A stretch of DNA of 64,000 bases, from the NCBI RefSeq assembly GCF_006345805.1, contig NC_042998.1, forward strand, positions 72,540,001 to 72,604,000, in the 5' to 3' direction. Shown piece by piece: positions 1 through 13,057 of this stretch (position 1 is the first letter of the stretch; each line of letters starts with the position of its first letter). Below the pieces are notes generated by a model, which was not told where the DNA came from, ran no database searches, and was given only the letters and a program-made list of their open reading frames with translations. The translations under genes and the position numbers were made by a program. This DNA comes from Octopus sinensis (taxonomy: Eukaryota).

Positions 1-297
1 ATTTTTGAGAACACGATATAATTTCAAAATGGATACGATATCAATAGAACAAAATTACGTTTAGAAGTTTATATATTGCATATGTTTTAAAGAATCTTGG
101 TAAAGGTGAAGCACAATTATTTTAATAGGTAAATATAGAATTTTGCTACCAATCATTATGTTAGATCTTTATAATACTATAAATAACAAATATGAGTCAC
201 ATATAAATGTTTAAAAGAAAAGCTGAGATGAAGCAAAATAATGGGAGACAATATTGTTCCGACTATGAGAAAAGTAAATAAATCATCAAGATTATAT

Positions 298-495
298 TGG
301 TTTGAAATTTTAGCACAAATCTAGCAAGCTCATGGGAGCGGGGCAAGGCGATTACAGGGATCCCTATGCTCAAGAGGTACTTATTTTTTTAGCTTCGATA
401 CGATGAAAAGCAAAGTCAAACTAGGCGTAGTTTCGACTCTGAACAAAAAGATAAGCGAAAGTCTGCTAAGCATTTTTTCCGAAAGTGTTAACATT
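298..495 (-). mobile_element. Degenerate SINE family A copy
   Basis: Reverse complement reads ...AAAATGCTTAGC...GTTCAGAGTCGAAA...TTTGACTTTGCTTTTCATC...AAAATAAGTACC...TTGTGCTAAAATTTCAAACC, matching family A copies at 20905, 21308, 39325 and 58860. Confidence 0.7.
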
Positions 496-2085
496 GTTAA
501 ATATATGCTTAAAACGACGCTCTCACTTATGCAAAAAATAATAGGAAGCCATTATCAGAGGAGCATCATTCCCTCTTTCATCAAATCAGAAGTATGTTGG
601 CAAATATTAGGTTAGTTTGCAGTATATCTAACCCACTGGTATTATTTTAAACAAATAATGGACAAAATCTTTCGGATGTTTGAATCACGTGATTCAAAGC
701 ATTCCATTACATAAGTTGATTACAATGCGCTTTTTATTGCCATTCAGCGTAATGTTTTGTTTTCTTTTGAAAGAGCTTCAATCGTTTAGTTTTCCTAAAT
801 TTAAATAAAATTATTGCGAAAATCTTCATCGTAATTGTCTGCAGTGGCACTGCATAATAGTAAAGCATTCTACCAGCAGGTTGCTAGCAGTGAATAAAAT
901 TTGCTCTTTGATCAAATAGTATATTTAACGATTATCGATAGTTTTCTCTTTCATAAGGAAAGAAAATTCTTTAAAGAGAATGATAAACTATTTGTCAATA
1001 ATCTGTTTTAATCAAATATTCCCCAATCGCAGTTAAATAACAGTCCCCCTTGTTTCACAACGAATTGCCACAACCTGTAACAAAAGAAATTCATGCTCTA
1101 TATTCATTCCCTTTGAAACATGGAGGCGAATTAGACTATAATATTGAGTGTCAATAAAGTAATTCAGAAAGCAGAAATATGAAGAATTTACCAAATAGAT
1201 GTTCCAGATGTGTATAAAATATCTCTAAACGTAAACTTGAGTGTATGGCGTGAAGAGTACAAGTTCTCATAAAGACACACATGCACAATGAAAAAGATAA
1301 CGGTTGGTTCTCTAATTATTTACGCTGGTAATTTCAGACTAACAATAATTCTAGCACTAAGACATCGCAGATCATTACATTCTGTCATCATCAGAGGGAC
1401 GCATGAATATGGAGAGGCACCCGCAACAGACGCCGGATGAAAAACTGACACGGAAGAATTAGCTGAACAATACTCTGGTGAGAATTCGAGAGGAGTAATC
1501 CCCTAATATTTTCTGAAAGAAATTATTAACACAAGTGCAGGCACGAAAAAGCAAATCAGTTCCAATGAGCGATGGCGTCAATTTCATAGAAACAACTTTT
1601 ATAACAGATACATGTGAAGGACAACTGTTACATCCACAGCTCATCTGTTTTAGTTCGAATTTTGTACACACATAGGCTATCCTAATTTCTACATTCATAA
1701 GAAGATTCACAGAGATAAGGACAACGCACCAATGACCCGTCGATCGATCCATCTATCCCTTCATCTATTTGCCTATCAATGCCATTATTTAAAAACAAAA
1801 TATCTCCACTATTCATTTTGGTAACTTAATTCAGAATACCAGTCCGTTATGTATCTCATATTCCACTTCATATAGGCTTGAATAGTTTCTGGTAAGGCAA
1901 AACTGCTATTTATTCAATCTCTGTTATCCTTATTGCTATGCTATTTGAAATCAAGAAACTAAATTTCCATACGTCTAACCATGCAACACCCACCAACAAA
2001 TTACTATTGTTATCAATTAAGCTTTTTGGTCTATTGGTAGAATTCCCTACATGTTTCGTAGTGTATATTTTTTGTGCTGTGCGTA

Positions 2086-2090
<5 letters not shown>

Positions 2091-2158
<68 letters not shown>

Positions 2159-2210
2159 GTGTGTGTGTGTGTGTGTGTGAGTGTGTGTGTATATATATAT
2201 ATATATATAC
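2091..2210. repeat. Compound (TA)n(TG)n(TA)n microsatellite
   Basis: Directly visible; source of the spurious YI/HT-repeat ORFs. Confidence 0.95.
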
Positions 2211-3252
2211 ACGCACAGCAGAAAAGGATATGTCGACATAAGTAGCCGAGCATTTTAATAGAGAATTTAACTCTCAATAAGCGACATAAATTCATAAGCA
2301 TTGTCTTGACAAAGCAGTTCCTTAAATTACATCACTAACAGGCTTCTTCACGTAATCGATTTCTGTTTGAAATTATCTCGTAACACCAGCAAGATTTATT
2401 TCAATAAGTGTATGATATTACCGGATTATTGAATACATAAATTATATTTATAACACCATTCCACGAAATGTTCCAAACTAGCCAACTGCACAGACATATA
2501 ACGCATTGTAATATTTTATTGCCTCGTAGATTGAACTTACACTGTTTAATTTAAAGCAGTAAAAACTTTAAAATATCATGACAAGATTTTTTTTATTACA
2601 TAATAGGTTTCAGTAAAACGTGTTTGAAAATAATTTAACTTGATATACGTAGGGAAAAAATCGAAAAGAATAAGAAAATGAATGGAAAATGTTTACTAAA
2701 TTGAAATTGAAAAAAATAAAACGGACCGAATCAAAAATCAAATGATATTAAATATACATAAATTATTTTTCTGGGAATGTGTTTATTTTGTGTAATTTCC
2801 AACTTTCCAGAACATTTGAGATTCAAAGAAATATTGATTTTTCACAATTTTAGTAATATTCCTCTAATTATGACGATATAATAGCATCATGACATTTGTA
2901 TAAAATTACATTTCAGTCTATCCTCACTAGTTTATGGAAGGAAAATCTAAAATTCATACAAACATCTATAGTGGATTGCAACGATTAATGCTAATTAAGT
3001 TTGTATTGAAGCAGTTGTAGATAGGAATGGAACTATATGTGTGACGACATAGGTAAATCCAGGTTCCTGATTCTAAAGTTTAATACCAGAATGTCACGTT
3101 AGACGTAAATCATTAAATATTCCATTTACATAGAAAGCACGCTAATATTATTTAATAAGCTGAAATAGAAAATCATTTTATACAAATTGAAATTTCTGAA
3201 ATTGCATGCAATGTATTCACATATGATATATTATTCGTTACATTAATTGCTG

Positions 3253-3256
<4 letters not shown>

Positions 3257-3337
<81 letters not shown>

Positions 3338-3520
3338 ACACACAGACGCGCACATAGATACGCATATACTTATATACATTTATATGTATTCTGAAATATA
3401 TATATGTATGTATATATATATGCATATGTATGTATATATGTATACACACACATATATGTATATAATGTGTGTGTACATGCGTGTGTGTACGTCTATGTAT
3501 GTGTGCGTGTATGTGCGCAT
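3257..3520. repeat. Compound (CT)n(CA)n/(TA)n microsatellite
   Basis: Directly visible. Confidence 0.9.
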
Positions 3521-4301
3521 GTGAACAGTGGCTTGTGACTCCTCTAAATTGCAATTAAATGTAAAAGTTGCTAAATACCTATACCCAGAATATAACAATA
3601 TGCATCAGAATTCTGAATCTCCATATGTGCTACTCGCTGTCTCTTGTACTTAGTCTTTCCTATATTTCGAAGTTATTCATAATATTGCTGTTGTTATTAA
3701 CCTCGACACAGATCCCTATCTTAAGTTATCGGAATATTTTTATCATTTAAAAGCACCTGCATTCTTTCATGATACCAACATGGATGTTTATCATTTTTTA
3801 CCAGGTAAATCACGTGATAATTAACTGATAGGAAAGTTATACAAAACTTCCTATCGTTATTACATGTTACACATCTATAGTTCTCCCCCGAAAAATGTTT
3901 GTCATTGAACCAGGAATAATTAGAGAAATGAAAGTAGAGAAATGAAGTTAAGTAACTAGAACACTGAAAATATTGACTCACCAGTTAATGCCAAACAATT
4001 GGCAATATAGCTAGCTATATTTCCTATTTCCTATAATTAGGAGCTTCTTACACATTTAAACTGTTTCAGTCGATTTAACTTACGTCATTTCTATGTGCGT
4101 TTAGTAAAATGGTCGTGGCTGAAATTTCGTTTTATATAGCCTCCTCCGTTTTATGTTCATCTGCTTGAACACACATGATATAGTACAAGAAATCTGTGGT
4201 TTATTTAATTGCTGAAATCCATTTTTATTCATATTGGTTCCACATCGGTGTAAAATTAAATTGAAATATTACAATTATATTCATCAAAATGTTGTAATTA
4301 A

Positions 4302-4534
4302 GATGGGGGGCATCAATTGGTTTAGATATCCTTCGAAATATGTTCGTTTTGTGCTTTAGCTATTAGCCAGATAAATCTGACCAGAATGTGTATTCAGTAT
4401 GGACATGTAGTAAATAAGAGAATTAATATTTAAGTTGATAGTTTGATGTAATTCATGCATTTTATTCACCCACATGCTCTTAGGCACAAATTCACATACA
4501 CGCACATATGCATATTTTTCACTTGCCTACTCAA
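4302..4534 (+). repeat. ~232-bp direct repeat, copy 1
   Basis: GATGGGGG(G)CATCAATTGG...CTTGCCTACTCAA recurs at 5454-5685 with 7 substitutions and 1 indel by my count. Confidence 0.95.
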
Positions 4535-5403
4535 GATATGTTGAAAATGAAAAGCGTAGATACTATGATAATAGCATAAATATTATTGCTAGAAATCTCA
4601 TCTTATTCTCCGATATTTATGTACCCTGGAACGCTTTAAGATCCAGGAAAATGGTGCATTCTATGCAATTCAAAATATCTAAAGAAAATTCCATAATATA
4701 TATGGAATCATATTTCACTAAATCCGTATCAAATTCTCTTTCAAAGATGAAAGGGAATAATTTATTCCACGTAAAATATTTTATGATGGGATCCTTTACA
4801 TGTGCTTTGGGATTTTGTATTTTATGTTGTTTAAATCAAGACTTATGTAAGTGTAGATGTTTCTTACACATTTTTTTTCAGTAGAAGTTTGGCATTATCT
4901 AAAACATAGCTGATTGTAGTGTAGGTTCTTATCTAAGATGTAATTGTGAGTGTGTCATTTATTGCAGCCCAAAGAGAACGTAAATGAGTATCAAAATTTA
5001 TAAACTGTGTGCCGAAATTTCATTCCACCTAACACAGCAATAGTTTGGTTGGTCGAAAGCTTCTGATGTAAAAAAGTATATAGAAAATGAAAACTCTAGT
5101 ACAGCAAAGCAATTATGCGATTACCCTTCAAAATAAAAAAAAAACACAATTCTTCGGTAAATGTAAGATTCAGGGCAATTTTTTCACTCTCCATATCAAC
5201 AGCGAAAGACACACGTGTCATGACGGAATGTAGCTTATATTTTCTTGCTTTGAATTTGAAAAAAATTACATTTTGATGAAAACAGCTGAAAAGAGTAGAT
5301 GAAGTGATTTCACCTAGAGTATCTGAGTTGCTAAACATAATGATTACGGCGCGTTGCAGGTGAATAGATCAGATGCGTTGAATTACTTATAATTCAGATA
5401 ATT

Positions 5404-5453
<50 letters not shown>

Positions 5454-5685
5454 GATGGGGGCATCAATTGGTTTAGATATCCTTCAAAATATGTTCGTTT
5501 TGTGCTTTAGCTAGTAGCCAGATAAATCTGACCAGAATGTGTATTCAGTATGGACATGTAGTAAATAAGAGAATTAATACTTGAGTTGATAGTTTGATGT
5601 AATTCATGCATTTTATTCACCCACATGCACTTATGCGCAAATTCACATACACGCACATATGCATATTTTTCACTTGCCTACTCAA
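5454..5685 (+). repeat. ~232-bp direct repeat, copy 2
   Basis: Copy of 4302-4534, starting immediately after a (TA)n tract. Confidence 0.95.
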
Positions 5686-5698
5686 TATATCTTATATT

Positions 5699-5845
5699 GA
5701 AACGATCGTAGTGTTATACTAATTATCGTTTTTTAATAATTTTGATATATATTTAAAATAATATAAATGAATTAATCTTATGTATTGGCCCAAGTTTTTC
5801 ATTGTATGATTTGCCTAATAGTGGTTTTATCTCTAATTTAATATA
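5699..5845 (+). mobile_element. PLE terminal-repeat remnant with the 3' half of a hammerhead motif
   Basis: GAAAC-GATC-GTA-GTGT at 5699-5714. 5779-5845 (TATGTATTG...TTTGC..AATAGTGGTTTT.TCTCTAAT) matches the repeat end at 17398-17466. No CUGANGA upstream. Confidence 0.55.
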
Positions 5846-5913
5846 ATATATATATATATATGTGTGTGTGTGTGTATGGGGGGTTGTTCGTGTGCATGTG
5901 TGCGTATATATAA

Positions 5914-6162
5914 TCTTTTACTTGTTTAATCTTTTACTTGTTTCAGTCATTTGACTGCGGACATGCTGGAGAACCACCTTTAGTCGACCAAATCAACTCC
6001 GTGACTTATTCATTTTAAGCCCAGTACTTATTCTATCGGTCTGATTTGCCGAACGACTAAGTTACGAAGACGTAAACACACCAGCATCGGTTGCCATACA
6101 GTGGGACTGAACCCGGAACTATGTGGTTCATAAGCAAGCTACTTCCCACAGCCATTCCTATG

Positions 6163-6164
<2 letters not shown>
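5914..6164 (-). mobile_element. SINE family B, internally deleted
   Basis: tRNA-like head (GGCATAGGAATGGCTGTGG...CCGGGTTCAGTCCCAC) joined directly to the tail module (...ATGTCCGCAGTCAAATGACTGAAACAAGTAAAAGA). It lacks the middle segment and microsatellite seen at 59358 and 62874. Confidence 0.85.
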
Positions 6165-6210
<46 letters not shown>

Positions 6211-6334
6211 ATATATATATATGTATGCATGTATGTATGTATATATATATATATATTTATATATGTATGTATATATATATATATATATATATGTATATGC
6301 ATATGTATATATGTATGTATGTGTGTACGTATGC

Positions 6335-9300
6335 AGGCTGGTTAGTTGGGCTTCGTTGAAGCCCAGGGTTTCTCACTGCGCGTCGTCACATTTCTATCAA
6401 CCCTTTATGAAATGACGACATGAAATTCACGCTACCAGTGTTGCCCGTACGGCAGGAGGGCACGAGAGCCTTGCGGCACTCAGCCTGCCAAGCACCCAGC
6501 TTTGGTTTACATTGATCCATGGTTCTAGTTCACTAAAACTAGTAAAACTAGGAAGTAGCAGCTTGACGAACGGAGACCACACCTGTCCACCACCCAGATG
6601 AAGCCAAAGGTGCCTCAGCCTCAGCGCGAGCTTGCACATCATAAACCATGGCATCCCTAGCCCATTCTTCAGCGGTTGTAGGCAAGATATAGAGCGCTTT
6701 ACCAGAGATCCTCTGCCTTTCCACAAAAATTGGAAAAGCAATCGTTCCATCTTGCGTAGCCACGAATCGGAACAAGGCACGTCGGTTAGGCGGTAGATTA
6801 TCACAGATGCGATTAACACATTTGCGACCTCCGCCCTTCCTTTCAGGGATAGCCATCGCCCAGACCAGGTCTGGGTTAGATGAGCCACCCTGTCCGTCAC
6901 CTCGCTCCAATTCTTCTCCAACTGTAAATGTGGCCCAAACCAAACTCCGAGTATTTTCACTGCACCTTCTGTCCAACTTTCCACGACGCTGTTGGACGGC
7001 ATCGACTTGCCCCTCCAGGTGCCGAGCTGGAAACCAACCGACGTTTCACGGTTAGTTTTTATTCCCGCCAACGCGTCGTATTCTTTCACGCCTTCACCAA
7101 CCTTCTGTAGGTGGCTCGCTTCAGATATGATGATGGTGATGTCCGTATATGCCGTCACTGACCTTCCAGGACCTAGATCTCGTGGGACGCCACTCAAGCC
7201 CTCCAGCTTCCGCAGTAATTGTTCGAGGACCATCACATTAATGAGTGGGGAGAGCGGACATCCTTGACGAACTGAGCACTTGATAAAGAACGGCTCCGAA
7301 AAGAAGCTAAGATCCAACCACGAAAGACCTGGCCCAGCCCAACCGCCGCCAGAACCGTCATCAGATACCGATGGACGACCATATCTAAAACTGTAGCCTG
7401 GTCTAAATGCACCAGCGCCCCACCTTTACCAGAAACCCTATTAATCCGCTCTAATGTATAGCGTATAAAATGGAGATTGTCCTGTATGGATCGGCCCGGC
7501 ACGGCACAAGTTTGTGCCTCCCTAGCCAATCCGCTCACGATCCTCGTCAATCTTTTTGGTAATAACTTGGCCAAAATCTCCAGCTCTGTGCTAAGCAGAG
7601 AGGTGGATCGAAAGTTAACTATAATGTCCCCCTTTTGTTGTCCTTTCTTAGCAGCGTCACCACTCCCCGGGTCACAGACCTGTGGATGAACCTATTCTCT
7701 TGCCAGTTCATGAAAACACAAGCCTTGTCTCCATACCTAACACCAGCTTACATGAAACAAGTTTGTAGTCGCTGTAGATTACAAGGTGGAATAGTTGGCA
7801 ACTACCTATCTCCTTGTCTTTCCGTCTAACTAAAATTCTATCTAAATGAGATCTAGAAAATCCGTCGCTATTTATCCAGGTTCACACTGGGGCGTTCGGA
7901 AATTCTAGTCTGTACCGATCTGCCAGTTAAAAGCGACTGAGCAGATCGGTGAGTCATTGCTTTCCCCTTCTGTTCGGATTTGAGTCAACACAATCTACGC
8001 GTGCATCGCAGATAGTGTTAAAGTCACCTGGCGATACTAAAGTGTGAGAGATGCCTAAGAAATTTTCTAGGCTTCTAAAAAAGCCAGAATGTCCAGCCCC
8101 GTAGGGGGGTCATAAACACCTACCAGCCTGAAAGTCTTACTGCTCATTGCCACGTCAAGTAACAGCAGCTTGCCTTCCGGGTCGATAAAGATCGTTCTAG
8201 TCTCGGAAACAAGGAATTTTCTGAGTAGGATCGCTACGCCCCCTCCCCCCGGTTGGCATGGAGAAATAATTTTTTTGCAGCCGTTCAGGAGGGGGTAAAA
8301 AGAACGCAACCTCCTCAGCCTGGTCTCCGTGGCCACTATTACATCCAAGTCTATGTGACCTGAGGTCAGTAAGAAAGTGAACTTGCTTCCAGTCCGACCC
8401 CAGTGAGCGAAACCATGAAATATGGCTTACCTTCCGAAGGAGAAGGGATTATAATCCCTTCTGTCTATCTTCCGTGTCTTGTGGAGTCTTTTCCACTAGG
8501 CCCTCGTACATGGACTTGCAAAACTCCCTTCTTGGAGGGCCAATGTCTTTCGAGTGATAGCTATGTAATATATTGTAATTGTCCCTGTCGATTTCAGAGA
8601 TTACAATTCCTTCCAGTAGAATAGTATACTGACTGGTGTATTTTTTTGAGGTTGGAGTGTTTTTAAGTCTGTTCATTAATGGCTGGTTGTTAGCATTCAC
8701 TGCAATGAGGCTTGTTTCTAGTCTGGAGGGAAAATATTTTTCGCGACTGGGAGGGGTAAATTCTACAGGTTTATTTTTTGGTTCGTGTTTAGGTTGAAGG
8801 GATGTGTTTGTGTGTTGTGTGAGTCTGCAGGTGGTGGAATTTTTCTTTTGCTGGAGTTGGAAGTGGAAGAGGTCGGCAATTTTTCTTTTGGAGACTTTTT
8901 CCATTTTGTGGGTTACATTAGTCCTTCTTCGTTGTTTTCCTTGCTTTCAGTTGATGGTACGGTCTCCTCTTCTATGAATTGTAGTGGAGACTCTGCTGGC
9001 GGCGCTGTTTCTTTGTTTAGAGCGGTGCATTTTAACCTAATGTAGCCTTTATCATCACATTCGAAAAATCATGAACTTCTACCTCCCATCGTTACCCTCA
9101 ACATAGTTTCGTCACTAAGCACGATGTTTTCCGCAGTCTCTTCAAGAGTTTGTTGAGCTGGTTGAATTATGATCTCAAGTACTTGTCCTTTCCAATATTG
9201 CTGCTCTATTTCAGTAGCTTCGAGAATTGTTATTTCATCCTCGAGACCCATGAATTAGAGCAGCGCCGAGCCATATCACATTGATCTCTAGTGGAATCTC

Positions 9301-10070
9301 CTCCACTGTAGTTTTTGTGGTACGCCTACCTAAATACATACGTAGGAGTACAATTTCAGTTGTTTTAAGAGGCTTGACTGAAAGCTCCTTCACCCTTCTC
9401 TCACTTTTTAGGTGAACGATAACGATTGGAAATTTGTGACATCTGGTGATAAATGCAATGTCTGATAATATTGGTTGCAAGCATTTCTCGACCTCTTCTC
9501 TCGACATCTTGTCCAACTTTTTAGTTTTAACGTTCAGACTTTTGAAAACAATTATTTTTTAGCCGGGTTTTCAATTAACTCAGAGGGGAGAGTGGAATTC
9601 AGATCATACCCCTCCCTCTCGAATATATTTTTGAATTGCTTCAAATTTTCGTTTGTTAAGTTTAGGGTTTTCCTTTTTAAACCGGCTGCTGCGGCAAAAT
9701 TAGGCTTAAGTTTTTCCCTTTTAACAATTATTCGCCTGACAGCATGTTCAAAGTCTTATCATAAGGCATTTACTTTGAAACATTGGTCTCTGTAACTGAG
9801 TTACAACTCATATTTTTTTTTTTTGTGGGGGAGGGACCCCTTGCACAAGAAAATAAATAATTCTCTCCCTAAAGAGGGGAATAACGTTCCAAATTTTACC
9901 AAACACAACAAAACAAGGAGTTTTAACAAACACACAGCAAATCCAACGATTAAATTAACAATAACCAACAACTTACAGTATAATACGACCAACACAAAAG
10001 GACAAATTACGAATGCCAGGAACACGGTTCATGTTGATTGTTATGCCCATAACATCACGAGATATACGTG
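6335..10070 (-). mobile_element. Tx1/L1-type non-LTR retrotransposon, decayed and 3'-truncated (5'UTR, ORF1, ORF2)
   Basis: ORF1 remnants 8449-9740 with an eroded zinc knuckle (FFECDDKGYIRLKC, ~9026-9068). APE endonuclease start (DVIVATET, GGGVAILL, 8067-8430). RT motifs YRPI-like FRSTS, QDNLH, HLDQ, VRQGCPLSPL and an eroded YxDD (AYTDIT). Multiple stops and frameshifts. Confidence 0.9.
6427..7317 (-). pseudogene. Tx1-type ORF2 reverse transcriptase / C-terminal fragment (296-aa open stretch)
   Basis: SVRQGCPLSPL, VKILGVWFG, WSGRWLSLKGRAEVANVLIASVIIYRL, FQFLWKG, GLGMP are typical of L1/Tx1 ORF2. Confidence 0.9.
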
Positions 10071-10313
10071 CATATCGGTTTTCATGACTATTCTTTGAGA
10101 CTGCCATGTAAGGCAGTCAACGCAGTTGCGTTTTTGGCGTTACCTGAAAAGTTACCTGCAATTTGGGTCTTAGCGATAAACCAGCATATCATAGAATATT
10201 TACTCCTACATCCCGATTTAACATATAAAAATATCGTTTGAAAAAATCGCGCTTCTTTTGCGGTTCAATGTATTTACATGACGTGCTTGATATTTCTGTA
10301 TTTGTCTGTCTGG

Positions 10314-10317
<4 letters not shown>

Positions 10318-10396
<79 letters not shown>

Positions 10397-10448
10397 CCTA
10401 ACTATCAATCTATATATCTATCTGCCTGTCTATCTATCTATCTATCTG

Positions 10449-10497
<49 letters not shown>

Positions 10498-10566
10498 ATC
10501 TATCTATATATCTATCTATCTATCTATCTATCTATCTACCTATTTATCTCTCTATTTATTCATGAA

Positions 10567-10633
<67 letters not shown>

Positions 10634-10660
10634 ATATAGATAGATAGATAGATAGATAGA
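10318..10660. repeat. (TATC)n followed by (TA)n and (GATA)n microsatellites
   Basis: Directly visible. Confidence 0.95.
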
Positions 10661-12997
10661 TATGAATGCCTGTAAACATTACATATGACACCTAGTATAA
10701 TTATCACTTTATGTGCTGTTTGACTTCTTAGATACTTCGTTGCCATACTGTGTGACAGTATATTTCATTGTTCACATGAACTAAAAGTTTGCCGCTCGGA
10801 AAATGGTTCCGTAGTTCACCTTATATTCACAATTTCTCTCTACCAAATCCTGTGTACATACGCGTAATATAAAAAAATATCCCCTTATTACTATTATTTA
10901 AGCTTCCATCGTTTACGGCTACATTGGAAATGCTTTAAAATCTTTATATTTCAAATATCGTGTGCTTTTATGATATAGCTTCGTGCAAATGAACGAAATT
11001 AGTAACTTTGCTATTATTCTGAGTCTCTCGATGCTTTAATGATATAGCCGGCTGTTAAATTACAATATAATACAAGGCATTGTTTAATAAACCAGTCTGT
11101 TTGGGGATTATTTCGTTCTGGCCTACTGTATTATATTACTGAATGAGGACGGGAACTTAAATAGCAATGAAGTACTCTATCACATACCAATCCGTCCATC
11201 CATTCATCCATTCATTCATCCATCCATCTAACCATCTATTCATACATACATAAATACTTACATACATATATATGTGCACAATTTATGTATGTATGCATGC
11301 ATATATGTATTTGTCTTTGTATAATTATATAAAGCTAAATAAAAGTTGATGAAATGTATGCAAATATTTTTCTCTTTCTCTCACAGATGTCTGAATTAAC
11401 ACCTAAGATATTTGCAATAAAATCAATGTTTCACAGTAAAGTTATAAATCTGTTGTTCCTATCTCTTTGCTTTGAAAATCAAATATTGACCTATCATCTC
11501 TACATTGTCTGATATTTTGAAAGCTTGTGAATCTGATTTTATGTCTGAAGACAAAAGTATCTACGTGTAGACACCGATGAAGTGTATATTATTACAGACA
11601 CTTTGTACCATATACTGCGACTGAAAACTCACGAATTATTCTGATTGTCGGAAATAATCTTCAAGTATTTCGGGAAATACTGTATAGCCCATACGATTTG
11701 AATTCAGTATGCCATTTCATACGTAATATAATGCTTAATAATAGTCAGAGATGTATATCTTAACATTCTCTCGAGTATTTGTCCAGCCTAACTTAATCCC
11801 AAATTCGAATATCAAATCTTGAATCTGTAATAAATATTTGATTTTTGTTTACAGATACTCAAACGCACGATAAAAATGAGACAAATGTGTATCATAAAAT
11901 AAGCACCACCACTGTTTTTTCATTAATCGAATTGATAGAACTTTTACAATACCCGAGGAAGCAATAATATTTTAAGTGTTATAATGGTATGCAACGACTG
12001 TGTTGCAACAATTAGGAATTGAAGCAGAGATACAGCAAAATCAAAGTGACTTCTAATATTATGTGAAAATATGAAATACAGATTCTCTTCTCTCTTTTTT
12101 TTTTATCTCATATATATATAGATAAGAAGTAACTCTCTTAGGCAACGTCAAACGTATTATGATTTCTGACGAAATATTTGTTATAATTAAAAGTTGTAAT
12201 GCCGCATCTTCGGCTGTCCGATAATTCGCGTAATTCGACTGGGTAAAATTATGTCCAACAGCTTCGAAACATACATTACTAATTTATCAACAATATTAAT
12301 ACATAAATTATGCAGTTGGGTGTGAGCAATGTAAGGCAATATTATACAACAAGAATACAGGTTGATATCAATACAAATTGACCATGATACCTTCATACAT
12401 GCATAACTCATTGCCCCTAATTCGCATTAGAAAAATTGTAACAATTCATATGTGCCCACAAAGTGCCCTTCGAGTGGCTATCGTTTGCGCTAAAGGGCTG
12501 TGTATAAATGCACAATCGCTAATCACAACCAATATATACGTCTTGCCGTCAACCAATTTTTGCGCCGCAATCCGGCATGTATCAGCTCTTTAGCAAAAAG
12601 CGCATATATTTTAATTTCACGATATCAAGACGAAAGATATTTTGTACGATATCTCCTAGTCTATCATTAAAAGGATGAACTTAGCCAGGAGGTCTGGTCG
12701 TATACAATTTGTACAGTAGAGAATATTTCGGAATTTTAAAAGAAAATACAGAAATGAATAATATTAATGGACGTAATGACTTCATGCAACCGTAAATTTG
12801 ATTCATCACAGATTTATCTTCTAAATTCAATTCTATCGGTTTTATTTCAAATGCAGTTTCTTTCCTTTGCGCCATGCTCTTTACTTGTGATGTCTTTTCA
12901 CACGTAACTGCAAAAGTTGGCAGGAATTTCTTCTTGATTGCTCTTGCTATATACTGTATGATTATGTGTCTTGACATTTCAAAGAATTTTTTAATTG

Positions 12998-13056
<59 letters not shown>

Positions 13057-13057
<1 letters not shown>

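Noticed and set aside
4474-4884. 136-aa ORF between the direct repeats
   Set aside because: AT-rich, no recognisable motif, and begins inside the repeat.
4302-5685. LTR retrotransposon reading of the 232-bp direct repeats
   Set aside because: No TG...CA termini, PBS, PPT, TSD or gag/pol remnants in the 920-bp interval.
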